Shown here: in pieces, positions 28,101 through 34,937 of the stretch | How positions within the stretch are numbered: position 1 is the stretch's first letter | Layout of the letters: each line of letters starts with the position of its first letter | Virus record (IMG/VR): IMGVR_UViG_3300045996_000667 | Location: 27,546-91,545 of that record | DNA: 64,000 bases | Direction: 5' to 3' (one strand) | Origin: a virus | Lineage: Duplodnaviria; Heunggongvirae; Uroviricota; Caudoviricetes | Made by a program: the position numbers and the translations under genes | The notes under the pieces: model-generated | Database searches by the model: none | Seen by the model: the letters and a program-made list of their open reading frames with translations, nothing else | What the model was told of the DNA's origin: nothing

Positions 28101-28314
28101 TGTGACGTTCAAGGTTGAGTATTGGAATGGTAGCGCATGGGCAGATGCAGGAGTATCTCAGACCGGTGGCACCGGCGACACGCTGATTCAGTCTGCCTAT
28201 GGAACGCTAGCATCCGGTGCTCGAGCCGCCAATACAATCTTCCGCGTTGTTGCGGCACATACCGGAACTGGTTCCGCTACTAGCATCAACAACCTTCAGA
28301 TCCTGTTCCGATAA
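25147..28314 (+). CDS. large signal-peptide protein with right-handed beta-helix repeats and C-terminal Ig-like domain (candidate tailspike/depolymerase or surface glycanase)
   Basis: N-terminal 'AILALGVLTGRAEA'; PbH1-like repeats ('NNIVKNAAGGVQIGG', 'TFHNNLFFD', 'LTHNTFAQTSGN'); 'putative Ig' segment 'LPSGNTSTNYSATMTATGCSGSCSWSVSG...GTYTVVVTATS'. Confidence 0.7.
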   Translation: MNIRKVLAAAILALGVLTGRAEAATLTVCATGCTYTNSQLQTALNAAVAGDSVLLQAGFTYVGNYTLRRHGGASNVTVRTGVTSTGSIISLGSFPAAGVRMTNALATTYNLAILKSNINNEPALRTADPSAGVATQYWAIKWIKIIAGGTGGAFYGGGDLLRLGDDSNSTVTQISEIPSNFTLEQFVLAGDPVKGQFRGLSLHANNVTVKDCTIQDIKSSAEGQGVFINSSEGPYTIDNCYIVGNGENVIAGGASGAARPSVTVSASPAPTTTSATLSTFNGLRVGKHLTFDVTLGGTTVEQLTKIVSCGTSVDGALCTSANVTFTALDAAPNVGGDVDWGPSPANLTFTRNLVEKPLDWRNPILGTPQNPTASGVAGGTLTAGNYSYRVVARMGIANAATARSTASTEVAATLSETGSVRITWSPVTNAETYYIYGRSSGAQNVRFSVTTSACSATVCTYTDTGSAGTTESVPTSTGTTWFIKNIFELKHMDTALVEGNVFSGSWADGQTGYAIVFTVSNTSNGNDSTILRRVTFRNNIVKNAAGGVQIGGRDLSSGVPSARTEDLTFHNNLFFDMGTSFGASNRVFIITTRAHANIYPAGTPMGPRNITLTHNTFAQTSGNAFIWFDLFKTIEQAVENMTVSNNIFYKLGYGMTGGNSCGEGDFTNASTTGCWTMHVTGTRSWLKNLGADITCANYPGGSAQNFCPSTATLRNEFTDFDNDNYLLKSTSPYHNAGSDGTDLGANISAIAAFTNVALSGDATGGTPVVPPTITTSSLPSGNTSTNYSATMTATGCSGSCSWSVSGQPTGVTMSAAGVFDGRPTVPGTYTVVVTATSAGVSSNATYTVTITSPTPVPDEPTTPRALRPSMWNGNYCRSFVGPTEPEENSTTALKVCDTWWDTTNIAFKVLQATGPVKVWTTVSGGGSSTQPASVMVNSSTVNITPGNSGAYAEIVGSARRRFVYDTQNFTQISIVLTHQASDLSAVTFKVEYWNGSAWADAGVSQTGGTGDTLIQSAYGTLASGARAANTIFRVVAAHTGTGSATSINNLQILFR

Positions 28315-28799
28315 TGCCAGTAACTCATCAGAAAGTCAGTGGTCAGTCCGATGGGGCTGACCCTGCTGACATCCAGCCCTCAGACTGGAACGCAACTCAC
28401 TTCTCGCCAGCATGGACAGTACTGGCAGCCTCTACAGGTGCGCTCGCAACGTGGTCAGTCATGCCGTCCTCGCTGACAGAGTATCTCGGCATTGACCGCG
28501 CGTTCAGGGTGCAGTATGACCTGACATATGCTACTCAGATGCGAATCCTTGCCCAAGTGGTCACGCCTGGCCCGACTGGAGCAGTGCTGCGAGTGCAGTA
28601 CTGGGATGGTTCGGCATGGCAGTATGCTGACGGCGCTACTGGACCTAGCGTAGCGATCGACGTGGCTGGCGATAAGGCCTCATCGTGGGTAACGCTGGTG
28701 GCTGGAGCCAAGCAGGACCGCATCCTTAGGATTGTTGGTCTGAATGGCGACAGCGTGGCCAGCCCTGTGTTCGGACTCGTAGCAGTTCAGGTGAAGTAA
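28314..28799 (+). CDS. paralogue of the C-terminal module of the beta-helix protein
   Basis: 'VQYWDGSAWQYADGA' vs 'VEYWNGSAWADAGVS'; similar C-terminal beta segment. Confidence 0.55.
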   Translation: MPVTHQKVSGQSDGADPADIQPSDWNATHFSPAWTVLAASTGALATWSVMPSSLTEYLGIDRAFRVQYDLTYATQMRILAQVVTPGPTGAVLRVQYWDGSAWQYADGATGPSVAIDVAGDKASSWVTLVAGAKQDRILRIVGLNGDSVASPVFGLVAVQVK

Positions 28800-29050
28800 T
28801 GCATACAGACGACCAGCTCCTAGCTTTCAATAACCAGATCGCCGGCAAAGCAGTCAAGTGGTGGGAGGTGCATAGCAGCGCTATGGGCCATGACCAGGAC
28901 GAGCTGTTCTTGCAGCTTAGTGATGGCTCGGTTGTTCGAATCTTCGCAGAACCTAGACAGTTCGGTGCTGCGCTAAGGATCGAGGCTCACGCGCGACTAC
29001 CTATTGGTAGACCGGTACGGAATCTACCGGAGGAAGCGAACAGACAGTAA
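28799..29050 (+). CDS. hypothetical protein
   Basis: ORF track. Confidence 0.45.
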   Translation: MHTDDQLLAFNNQIAGKAVKWWEVHSSAMGHDQDELFLQLSDGSVVRIFAEPRQFGAALRIEAHARLPIGRPVRNLPEEANRQ

Positions 29051-29430
29051 TGCCGTTCTACGCTGGAGCCTTTGACAACAATGCCTTCTACGTTGGCGGC
29101 GTTCCAGTTCCTGGCATGTGCCAAGTCACTGGCTCCTTCTACAACCCAAAGACTGGCCTGAAGATCATGTCTGGCCAGCTTCGGATTACTCCTAACGGGT
29201 TCAAACCGTTCGCCGGCTCTATCATCAGTCCATTGGTTGCCATCGTTGAGATTCCTCTTTCAGGCAATCTCGACTTCTATCTGGCTCCAAGCGAGGATGA
29301 CGGAGTCGACTACACCGTCGAACTCGACCCTGACCCTTCCAGCCCTGTACCACTCGCCATGCGTCCAGGCTACTTCAAGCGGACTTGGGAGATTCCTAAC
29401 CAAGCTTCCATCACCATTGCGGAGCTCTAA
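29050..29430 (+). CDS. hypothetical protein
   Basis: ORF track; TAATG coupling. Confidence 0.5.
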   Translation: MPFYAGAFDNNAFYVGGVPVPGMCQVTGSFYNPKTGLKIMSGQLRITPNGFKPFAGSIISPLVAIVEIPLSGNLDFYLAPSEDDGVDYTVELDPDPSSPVPLAMRPGYFKRTWEIPNQASITIAEL

Positions 29431-29651
29431 TGGGTAGGGCTGCCAGAGCTAACCTCTTGGCCGCTCGGGCAGAGTGTGACGGCGACTGTCGGCGCGAGAA
29501 GAAGCTGACAGAACTGGTCCCTTACCTGTTAGCCACTGACGGTACCCACTACTACGTTTGCACAATGTGCAAGCCCGCCTTCGAGCGAGAATTCATCGGC
29601 CAGCCCATCCGACCCTGTCAGTGCGAACGGTGCTTGACAACCACAAAATAA
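29430..29651 (+). CDS. zinc-ribbon small protein
   Basis: 'CDGDC...CTMCKP...CQCERC'; contains the palindrome at 29558. Confidence 0.45.
   Translation: MGRAARANLLAARAECDGDCRREKKLTELVPYLLATDGTHYYVCTMCKPAFEREFIGQPIRPCQCERCLTTTK
29558..29572. repeat. palindrome TTGCACAATGTGCAA
   Basis: Encodes CTMCK. Confidence 0.9.
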
Positions 29652-29698
29652 ACGTGTATTGTTGTTCCTGTCGATAGTTGACATTGCCCAGGACGGCA

Positions 29699-29740
29699 AG
29701 GCCTGACAGTGCTGGGAGGCTTCTGTCAGGCCTGTTTTTT
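29699..29740 (+). terminator. Rho-independent terminator
   Basis: 10-bp perfect stem GGCCTGACAG/CTGTCAGGCC followed by TTTTTT. Confidence 0.75.
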
Positions 29741-29827
29741 GGCGTAGTATACCGTTAGGGAGGCGGGCCGGTCTGTAGAACCGGCGGCCTAGTGCCTCGC
29801 GTGGTTCGACTCCACGATGCGCCACCA
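29741..29827 (+). tRNA. tRNA-Tyr (anticodon GUA), class II
   Basis: AC stem CCGGT/ACCGG; loop CTGTAGA; long variable arm; T-arm CGTGG-TTCGACT-CCACG; encoded CCA; D-arm assignment uncertain. Confidence 0.5.
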
Positions 29828-29843
29828 ACTTGTGTCTTTAGGT

Positions 29844-29927
29844 GTGGCCGATGGTAGTGTTGGACGCCGAGAGGCCTGCCACCGGACTGTGAATCCGGCC
29901 ACGCGGGTTCGATTCCCGCCGGTCACC
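29844..29927 (+). tRNA. tRNA-His-like (anticodon GUG) with about 12 extra nt in the D region
   Basis: Acceptor GTGGCCG/CGGTCAC with discriminator C; AC arm CCGGA-CTGTGAA-TCCGG; T-arm GCGGG-TTCGATT-CCCGC; 31 nt between acceptor and AC stem instead of ~19; no CCA. Confidence 0.35.
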
Positions 29928-30155
29928 CCTAAGGGCGCAACTGAGTCAGTCGTCTAGAAGCCTAGGATACTCGTCTCCAAAACCTGTGACGCTGGTGCGA
30001 ATCCAGCCTGACTCGCCAATGTATAAATTTCTCGCATTCATCGACGCTGCTTTTTGCGCTGTTAAAGGACACAAGGTCCAGTGGCGAGCAAGCGAAGCCA
30101 AGTGCTGCGTTATCTGTGACACGTGCAACCTTCTGCATTGGTGTAGACAAGTCGG

Positions 30156-30284
30156 ATGAAGCGCGCCCTCTTGCAGCTAGCCGCCTTCATATACGTACTC
30201 ACCTGTGCAACAGTTGCCGTAGTAATCATGGGCATGTGGTTTAAGTACGTTTTCGATCCTGTTATGCGTTGGATTTTCGGATGA
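30156..30284 (+). CDS. small single-TM peptide (MKRA...)
   Basis: 42-aa hydrophobic ORF; ATGA coupling; shares the 14-nt start region CGGATGAAGCGCGC with the next gene. Confidence 0.3.
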   Translation: MKRALLQLAAFIYVLTCATVAVVIMGMWFKYVFDPVMRWIFG

Positions 30285-30946
30285 AGCGCGCAACCTTCCG
30301 CGACTACCTCCGCACCCATCGCCGTCGCTGGTTGTTCCTGCGTCGGCCTTACGGCGAACTCTATCCACGCTGGCAGTTCTGGCGAGGCTATCGTCTTGAC
30401 GGCTTCCTGCCAGACATCTGGTACTACCTGAAGTGCCGCCTCTGGCATCAATACAACGTCGTCAGAGTTGACAGCCTTCACCCAACCTGGACAGACCGCA
30501 GCGAGCTGCTCCTGTATGCCAGCTTTACCATCCTGCGACATGCCGTTGAGCGCGAGGACTGGCTAAACAGCCGCGCCTATTTCATCGACGGCGACGAGTT
30601 CTTGAGATGGGATGGCCGCGATGAATGGCAGGAAGTGGCCACCCTGTATGACTGGTGGGTAAATGTCAGGCCTGCCAGAATCGACCCTACCGAATGGTGG
30701 GCCGATACCCTCAAGGCTCATGGCATGTATACCAGCATGCTTGAGCCTGACGAAAACTACGAGGTTATCGAGCACGCTGATGGCGGATGTACCGTCCGTG
30801 AGAGAGACGTTCCTGGCAATCCTGACAAGAAAGACTACCAGAATCTGATCCTGAGGATGAGTTCTGCCATGGAGCAGGGCTACGAGGATGAGGATGAACG
30901 CATGCTCAAGCGCCTCGCTGAGGTTCGGCTCTACCTGTGGACGTAG
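30281..30946 (+). CDS. hypothetical Trp/Arg-rich protein
   Basis: ATG at 30281 in frame with track ORF 30269..30946. Confidence 0.55.
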   Translation: MKRATFRDYLRTHRRRWLFLRRPYGELYPRWQFWRGYRLDGFLPDIWYYLKCRLWHQYNVVRVDSLHPTWTDRSELLLYASFTILRHAVEREDWLNSRAYFIDGDEFLRWDGRDEWQEVATLYDWWVNVRPARIDPTEWWADTLKAHGMYTSMLEPDENYEVIEHADGGCTVRERDVPGNPDKKDYQNLILRMSSAMEQGYEDEDERMLKRLAEVRLYLWT

Positions 30947-31068
30947 AGGTTGAGGAATTCTTTGAAGCCCTCGGAGCTTGGCGTTGTGCGATCTGCGATG
31001 AACTCGTGCTTGAGCCGTGTGACCCGTTTGATGTCTGCACCAAGTGCTACGGAGAAATCCCAGAATGA
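30937..31068 (+). CDS. EFFxAL/zinc-ribbon module A
   Basis: GTG-GAC start overlapping the upstream TAG; 'VEVEEFFEALGAWRCAICDE...CTKC'. Confidence 0.45.
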   Translation: MDVEVEEFFEALGAWRCAICDELVLEPCDPFDVCTKCYGEIPE

Positions 31069-31189
31069 GTTCTTCGAAGCGCTAGGGATGTGGCAGTGCC
31101 GCGTTTGCGATGAATACACAGACGACCGAAAAGACGATTTATTTCAAGACATCTGCCTCAGATGCTGGGCAGACGTCTACGGCCCCTGA
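31033..31189 (+). CDS. EFFxAL/zinc-ribbon module B
   Basis: 'NEFFEALGMWQCRVCDE...CLRC'; motif begins on the TGA of module A; ATG at 31033. Confidence 0.4.
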
Positions 31190-31328
31190 GTTCTTCGCGT
31201 CCCTCGGCCTGCGGAAGTGCTGCGTCTGTGATGAATACAAGGACAACTGTTCTCCTTGGCGGCGCGGCGGTCCCTATTCAGGATACCGCTTGCTGGAGCA
31301 GGTCTGCGACGACTGCATTCCCTTTTAG
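31110..31328 (+). CDS. EFFxAL/zinc-ribbon module C
   Basis: 'PEFFASLGLRKCCVCDE...CDDC'; motif begins on the TGA of module B. Confidence 0.4.
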   Translation: MNTQTTEKTIYFKTSASDAGQTSTAPEFFASLGLRKCCVCDEYKDNCSPWRRGGPYSGYRLLEQVCDDCIPF

Positions 31329-31357
31329 CTTGACAATAACGGCCAGATCGTCTAGGC

Positions 31358-31387
31358 TTGTCAATACACAATAAACACGTGTATCAC
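31358..31387 (+). promoter_or_regulatory. promoter-like TTGTCA-N18-TATCAC
   Basis: Same 'ACACGTGTATCACGTG' architecture as the other promoters; GGAGG SD before the ATG at 31399. Confidence 0.45.
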
Positions 31388-31398
31388 GTGGAGGCGAA

Positions 31399-31608
31399 AT
31401 GCTTGTCGTTAATCTGCTAGCCCTGCTAGCTCTGCTCTGTCTCGCCACGTTCGCGGTGTCCGTTGGCGCGTCAGTGGCCACCCAGTTGGCCATGTATTAC
31501 AGCGCCATCGTGGCCGTGTTCGTCATCCTTGGCACCGTCGTTCTGGTAGGCGCAGGACTCTCTGCCACCCTGCCCGTTCTCCTTCGAAAGGTCTTCAAGC
31601 GTGCTTAA
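31399..31608 (+). CDS. small 2-TM membrane protein (possible NfeD-like partner)
   Basis: Hydrophobic 69 aa immediately upstream of the SPFH gene. Confidence 0.5.
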   Translation: MLVVNLLALLALLCLATFAVSVGASVATQLAMYYSAIVAVFVILGTVVLVGAGLSATLPVLLRKVFKRA

Positions 31609-32455
31609 GAAGTTCGCCGTTCTCGCAGTCGTGGCAATGATGGCCACCGCCTGCACCACCGTCAAGCCTGGCACCGTTGGCATCGAGGTCAACAACTACG
31701 GCGCTGGCCGTGGCGTTCAGGACTATCCGATTCGGACAGGTCGCGTTATCTATAACCCGATCACGACCGACGTCTACGTGTTCCCGACGTCGCAGCAGCG
31801 CGCCCAGTGGTCGAAGTCCTCAGAAGAGGGCGGCGCGAACACGTCCGTCGAGTGCCGATCAAAGGAGGGCACGCAGGTCGCTCTCGATATCGCGGTCGCT
31901 TATCAGTTCACAGCCGACAAGGTGCCGGCGCTGTTCGTGAAGTTCCGCCAGTCCGCAGATGAAATTACGAGCAGCTATGTGCGGGATCAGGTTCGCAAGT
32001 CTCTGTGCTCAGTCACCGAGAAGATGCCGATTCTGGACATCCTCGGCCCGCGACTGACCGAGGTTGGCGACTCTGCCAAGAACCTCGTCAACACCGATAC
32101 GGCCGCCTACGGCATCACGTTCGACTACGTGAACATCATCGGCAAGCCGCACGTTGCATCGTCCGTCGAGCAGGCGATCAACAACGTCATCCAGCAGGTT
32201 CAGGCAGCCAATCAGGCCGAGGCCAAGACTCGCCAGATCACAGCCGAAGCTGCGCAGGCCATCGAGCGCGCCAAGGGCGAGGCACAGTCCATCGAGCTGA
32301 CAGCGCTGGCCCAAGCTAAGGCGAACGAAATCATCGCCAAGTCGCTGGAGCAGTTTGGCGACAAGGTGCTGCAGTCGAAGGCCATCGAGAAGTGGAACGG
32401 CGTATTGCCGACCGTAACAAGCACCGGAGCGGTGCCTTTCATTCCTGTCAAGTAA
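31601..32455 (+). CDS. SPFH/band-7 (flotillin/HflK-like) lipoprotein
   Basis: Lipobox-like 'MMATAC'; SPFH-like core '...QVALDIAVAYQFTADKVPALFVKF'; Ala/Glu-rich C-terminal coiled coil. Confidence 0.6.
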   Translation: MLKKFAVLAVVAMMATACTTVKPGTVGIEVNNYGAGRGVQDYPIRTGRVIYNPITTDVYVFPTSQQRAQWSKSSEEGGANTSVECRSKEGTQVALDIAVAYQFTADKVPALFVKFRQSADEITSSYVRDQVRKSLCSVTEKMPILDILGPRLTEVGDSAKNLVNTDTAAYGITFDYVNIIGKPHVASSVEQAINNVIQQVQAANQAEAKTRQITAEAAQAIERAKGEAQSIELTALAQAKANEIIAKSLEQFGDKVLQSKAIEKWNGVLPTVTSTGAVPFIPVK

Positions 32456-32637
32456 TGGCACTCACTGACACCCTCTACGTCTACGAGAACGAGGATGGCA
32501 TCTACGCAGCCACATCCCTCTCAGACCTGCTAGTAGAGGTCGACATCGAGAACGGCGAATCAGTCGCTGTCTACAAGCTGGAAAGTGTCAAGAAACTGAA
32601 GGCAGAGCCGACACTCGAAGACGATGAGCAGTCCTGA
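32455..32637 (+). CDS. small acidic protein
   Basis: ATG at 32455 in track ORF 32392..32637. Confidence 0.4.
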   Translation: MALTDTLYVYENEDGIYAATSLSDLLVEVDIENGESVAVYKLESVKKLKAEPTLEDDEQS

Positions 32638-32989
32638 CACCCAGTTCGAACTGTTCGACCTGACACCACGTGTTCATGGTCGCAAGGTTACCAAGACAAC
32701 GTCTCAGGCCGCGAAGCTTCTCAACAGGCATCGCGGCAACCTGATCACCAAGGCTCGAGCCATCGCTATCGACCTTGCGAAGGCTAACGGCACTGTCCAT
32801 AGCCGAGAGGTGCGGGCAGAAATGGACAAGCAGGGCCACCTGACCAACCCTGCCCTCGCTGACCACTGGCTCGGCGTGGTCTTTCGCTCGTCAGTCTTTG
32901 TCTGGACTGGCCAGTACTTCTCCTACCGTGACGACTCTCGCAACGTTCACGAGAGAACTGTCAAGGTCTGGAAGCTTCGCGAGAACTGA
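32624..32989 (+). CDS. hypothetical protein
   Basis: ORF track. Confidence 0.5.
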   Translation: MSSPDTQFELFDLTPRVHGRKVTKTTSQAAKLLNRHRGNLITKARAIAIDLAKANGTVHSREVRAEMDKQGHLTNPALADHWLGVVFRSSVFVWTGQYFSYRDDSRNVHERTVKVWKLREN

Positions 32990-32990
32990 C

Positions 32991-33155
32991 ATGAAGTCCT
33001 TTCTGCTTAACCCGATGGTGTTCAACTACACCATCCTAACTCTCTACGCCCTAAACGCTATGCGCTGGGGCGTCAGCGGCAAGTGGGCCGACATGTGCTA
33101 CTGGCTAAGCGCATTCGCTATTACCGCTACTGTCACCTGGGGATACAAGCACTAA
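32991..33155 (+). CDS. small 2-TM membrane protein
   Basis: ATG at 32991 in track ORF 32898..33155. Confidence 0.35.
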   Translation: MKSFLLNPMVFNYTILTLYALNAMRWGVSGKWADMCYWLSAFAITATVTWGYKH

Positions 33156-33307
33156 TGACATACACGGTAACTCCTCTCAACGAGCATGAGATCTGCCAGG
33201 TCCATGAACTCTGTGACGACGAGACTGGCGACATCATGGTCATCGTGGAATACATCGACGGCGACCTTCAGGCTTACCTAGACAAGCTCAGTGACGACGA
33301 AGACTAA
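33155..33307 (+). CDS. small acidic protein
   Basis: ATG at 33155 in track ORF 33083..33307; ends DDED. Confidence 0.35.
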   Translation: MTYTVTPLNEHEICQVHELCDDETGDIMVIVEYIDGDLQAYLDKLSDDED

Positions 33308-34787
33308 TGTGGCTCGTGGTACCTTCAACGTGCTTTCCCTCTGCAGCGGTGCGGGAATGCTGGATCTCGGACTCAGACTCGCTGTTCCAAGCGCTCGTAC
33401 AGTCTGCTACGTTGAAAGGGAAATCAGCGCAGTCCAAGTCTTGGCGGCGCGCATACAAGACGGAAGCCTGGACGCAGCGCCTGTTTGGTCAGATCTGCAC
33501 TCCTTCGACGGCCGCCCTTGGCGTGGAGTCGTGGATTGCATCATTGGCGGCTACCCGTGCCAGCCATTCTCCATTGCAGGCAAGCAGCGAGGTAAGCACG
33601 ACCCTCGCCACCTCTGGCCAACCATCGCAGACCTTGTTCGACTTGTTCGACCAGCCGTCTGCTTCTTCGAGAACGTCGCCCAGCACCTCAACAACGGCTA
33701 CCCAGAAGTCCACGAGGGACTGGAAGCAATTGGCTACCGACCTGAAGTCGGATTGTTTGAGGCGTTCGAAGTTGGCGCAAGCCATGCGCGACGTCGACTC
33801 TTCATCCTTGCGGTGGAAGACTCCGACCGCGCTGTCGAAACCCTCAGACGGCTCATACAACCCGCCTGGGCAAGCGCAGCTCGACTTGCAAGCGAAGAAC
33901 TGGGCCACGCCTACCGCGCGCATCTGGAAGGGCAGCGGAACAAAGGTCGTTCGCGACGACGGCAAGTCTCGGATGGACATGCTGGACTATCAGGCGGAAC
34001 AGGGCTTCTCCACCTGGCCCACGCCGATGGTGCCGAACGGCGGGCGCTCGATTGCGCATGCGGAAATTGTGGGGGCCACTGTCTACCACAACGGGAAGAA
34101 GGTGCAACGGGATCTTGGAGCGGCTGCCAAGATGTGGCCGACACCTCACGCGAACTGCACGAACGGAGCGGGTCGTCAGGGACGGCAAGGCGGGGAGAAC
34201 ATCCAGACAGCGGCATCGGTCTGGCCGACACCTCGAGCTTCGGACAACGAGAACCGCACGACACAGAATGCGCCCTCTCACGGAGTCTCCCATGGAGCGA
34301 CTCTCGCGGGGACGGCGGGGTCATGGCAGACGATTACTGCGACGGATGCCAAGAGTCGTGGATACAGCTACAGCAACGGGGATCACTCGAAGCCGTTCCT
34401 GTCGCTGACGGGGGAGGCGCAGACGTGGCCGACGCCGGTAGCGCAGGACGACAACAAGACGCCGGCGGCGCACATGGCGATGAAGGCGCGGATGAAGGGC
34501 GGGCCGAGGAAGAAGATTACATCTCTGTCCGTGATTTCTCAAGCCTTGGAATCTTTGCCCCAGGACCTAACCATCCTGTCTGGGCAGATATCATCCGAGA
34601 CTTCCCAGAATACTCCCCCGCCCTCACGGCGGAAGCTCAATCCAGCTTTCGTGACGTGGTTGATGGGCCTGCCCCGGAACTGGCTCTCAGGCGGCTCGAT
34701 CAGCTTCGAATTTTGGGAAACGGCGTCGTCCCAGCTGCTGCTGCAAGAGCTTTCTTATATCTGGGAAGGAAGCTAGTCGGTGTTTAA
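33291..34787 (+). CDS. C5-cytosine DNA methyltransferase, coding sequence split over two frames (frame 0 to +1 to frame 0)
   Basis: Frame 0 carries motif I 'LSLCSGAGMLDLG', IV 'GYPCQPFSIAGK', VI 'FFENV', VIII 'HARRRLFILAV' and C-terminal motif X 'LGNGVVPAAAARAF'. The +1 frame (track ORF 33307..34776) carries 7 'W(P/A/K)TPTAxD' repeats with synonymous codon variation, then motif IX 'VTWLMGLPRNW'. The frame-0 middle is Arg/Gly-rich junk. Confidence 0.7.
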   Translation: MTTKTNVARGTFNVLSLCSGAGMLDLGLRLAVPSARTVCYVEREISAVQVLAARIQDGSLDAAPVWSDLHSFDGRPWRGVVDCIIGGYPCQPFSIAGKQRGKHDPRHLWPTIADLVRLVRPAVCFFENVAQHLNNGYPEVHEGLEAIGYRPEVGLFEAFEVGASHARRRLFILAVEDSDRAVETLRRLIQPAWASAARLASEELGHAYRAHLEGQRNKGRSRRRQVSDGHAGLSGGTGLLHLAHADGAERRALDCACGNCGGHCLPQREEGATGSWSGCQDVADTSRELHERSGSSGTARRGEHPDSGIGLADTSSFGQREPHDTECALSRSLPWSDSRGDGGVMADDYCDGCQESWIQLQQRGSLEAVPVADGGGADVADAGSAGRQQDAGGAHGDEGADEGRAEEEDYISVRDFSSLGIFAPGPNHPVWADIIRDFPEYSPALTAEAQSSFRDVVDGPAPELALRRLDQLRILGNGVVPAAAARAFLYLGRKLVGV

Positions 34788-34937
34788 AGGGCTGTTCTGT
34801 CGCATAGGCCTGCACTGTTATCACCGCAAGCTATTCGAGATGAGAGCCAGCAAATTCTGCAAGCTCAGTAAAGTTCGTTGGGACCTTAACCGGTGCTGTC
34901 ATTGCCTAAAAGAGGCGTGGCATAAGTCGATATATCT

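Noticed and set aside
30937-31328. Sequencing indels as the cause of the three frame-staggered EFFxAL modules
   Set aside because: Each junction places the conserved motif precisely on the previous stop codon in the same way as the unlinked family members elsewhere. Three independent errors at identical relative positions is unlikely, though it cannot be excluded without reads.
33307-34776. Track ORF 33307..34776 (+) as an independent 489-aa gene
   Set aside because: Only its middle (WPTP-repeat) part looks like real protein. Its N-terminus is Ser/Thr-rich out-of-frame translation of the methyltransferase catalytic domain, and its C-terminus lacks motif X. It is treated as the +1-frame segment of the methyltransferase.
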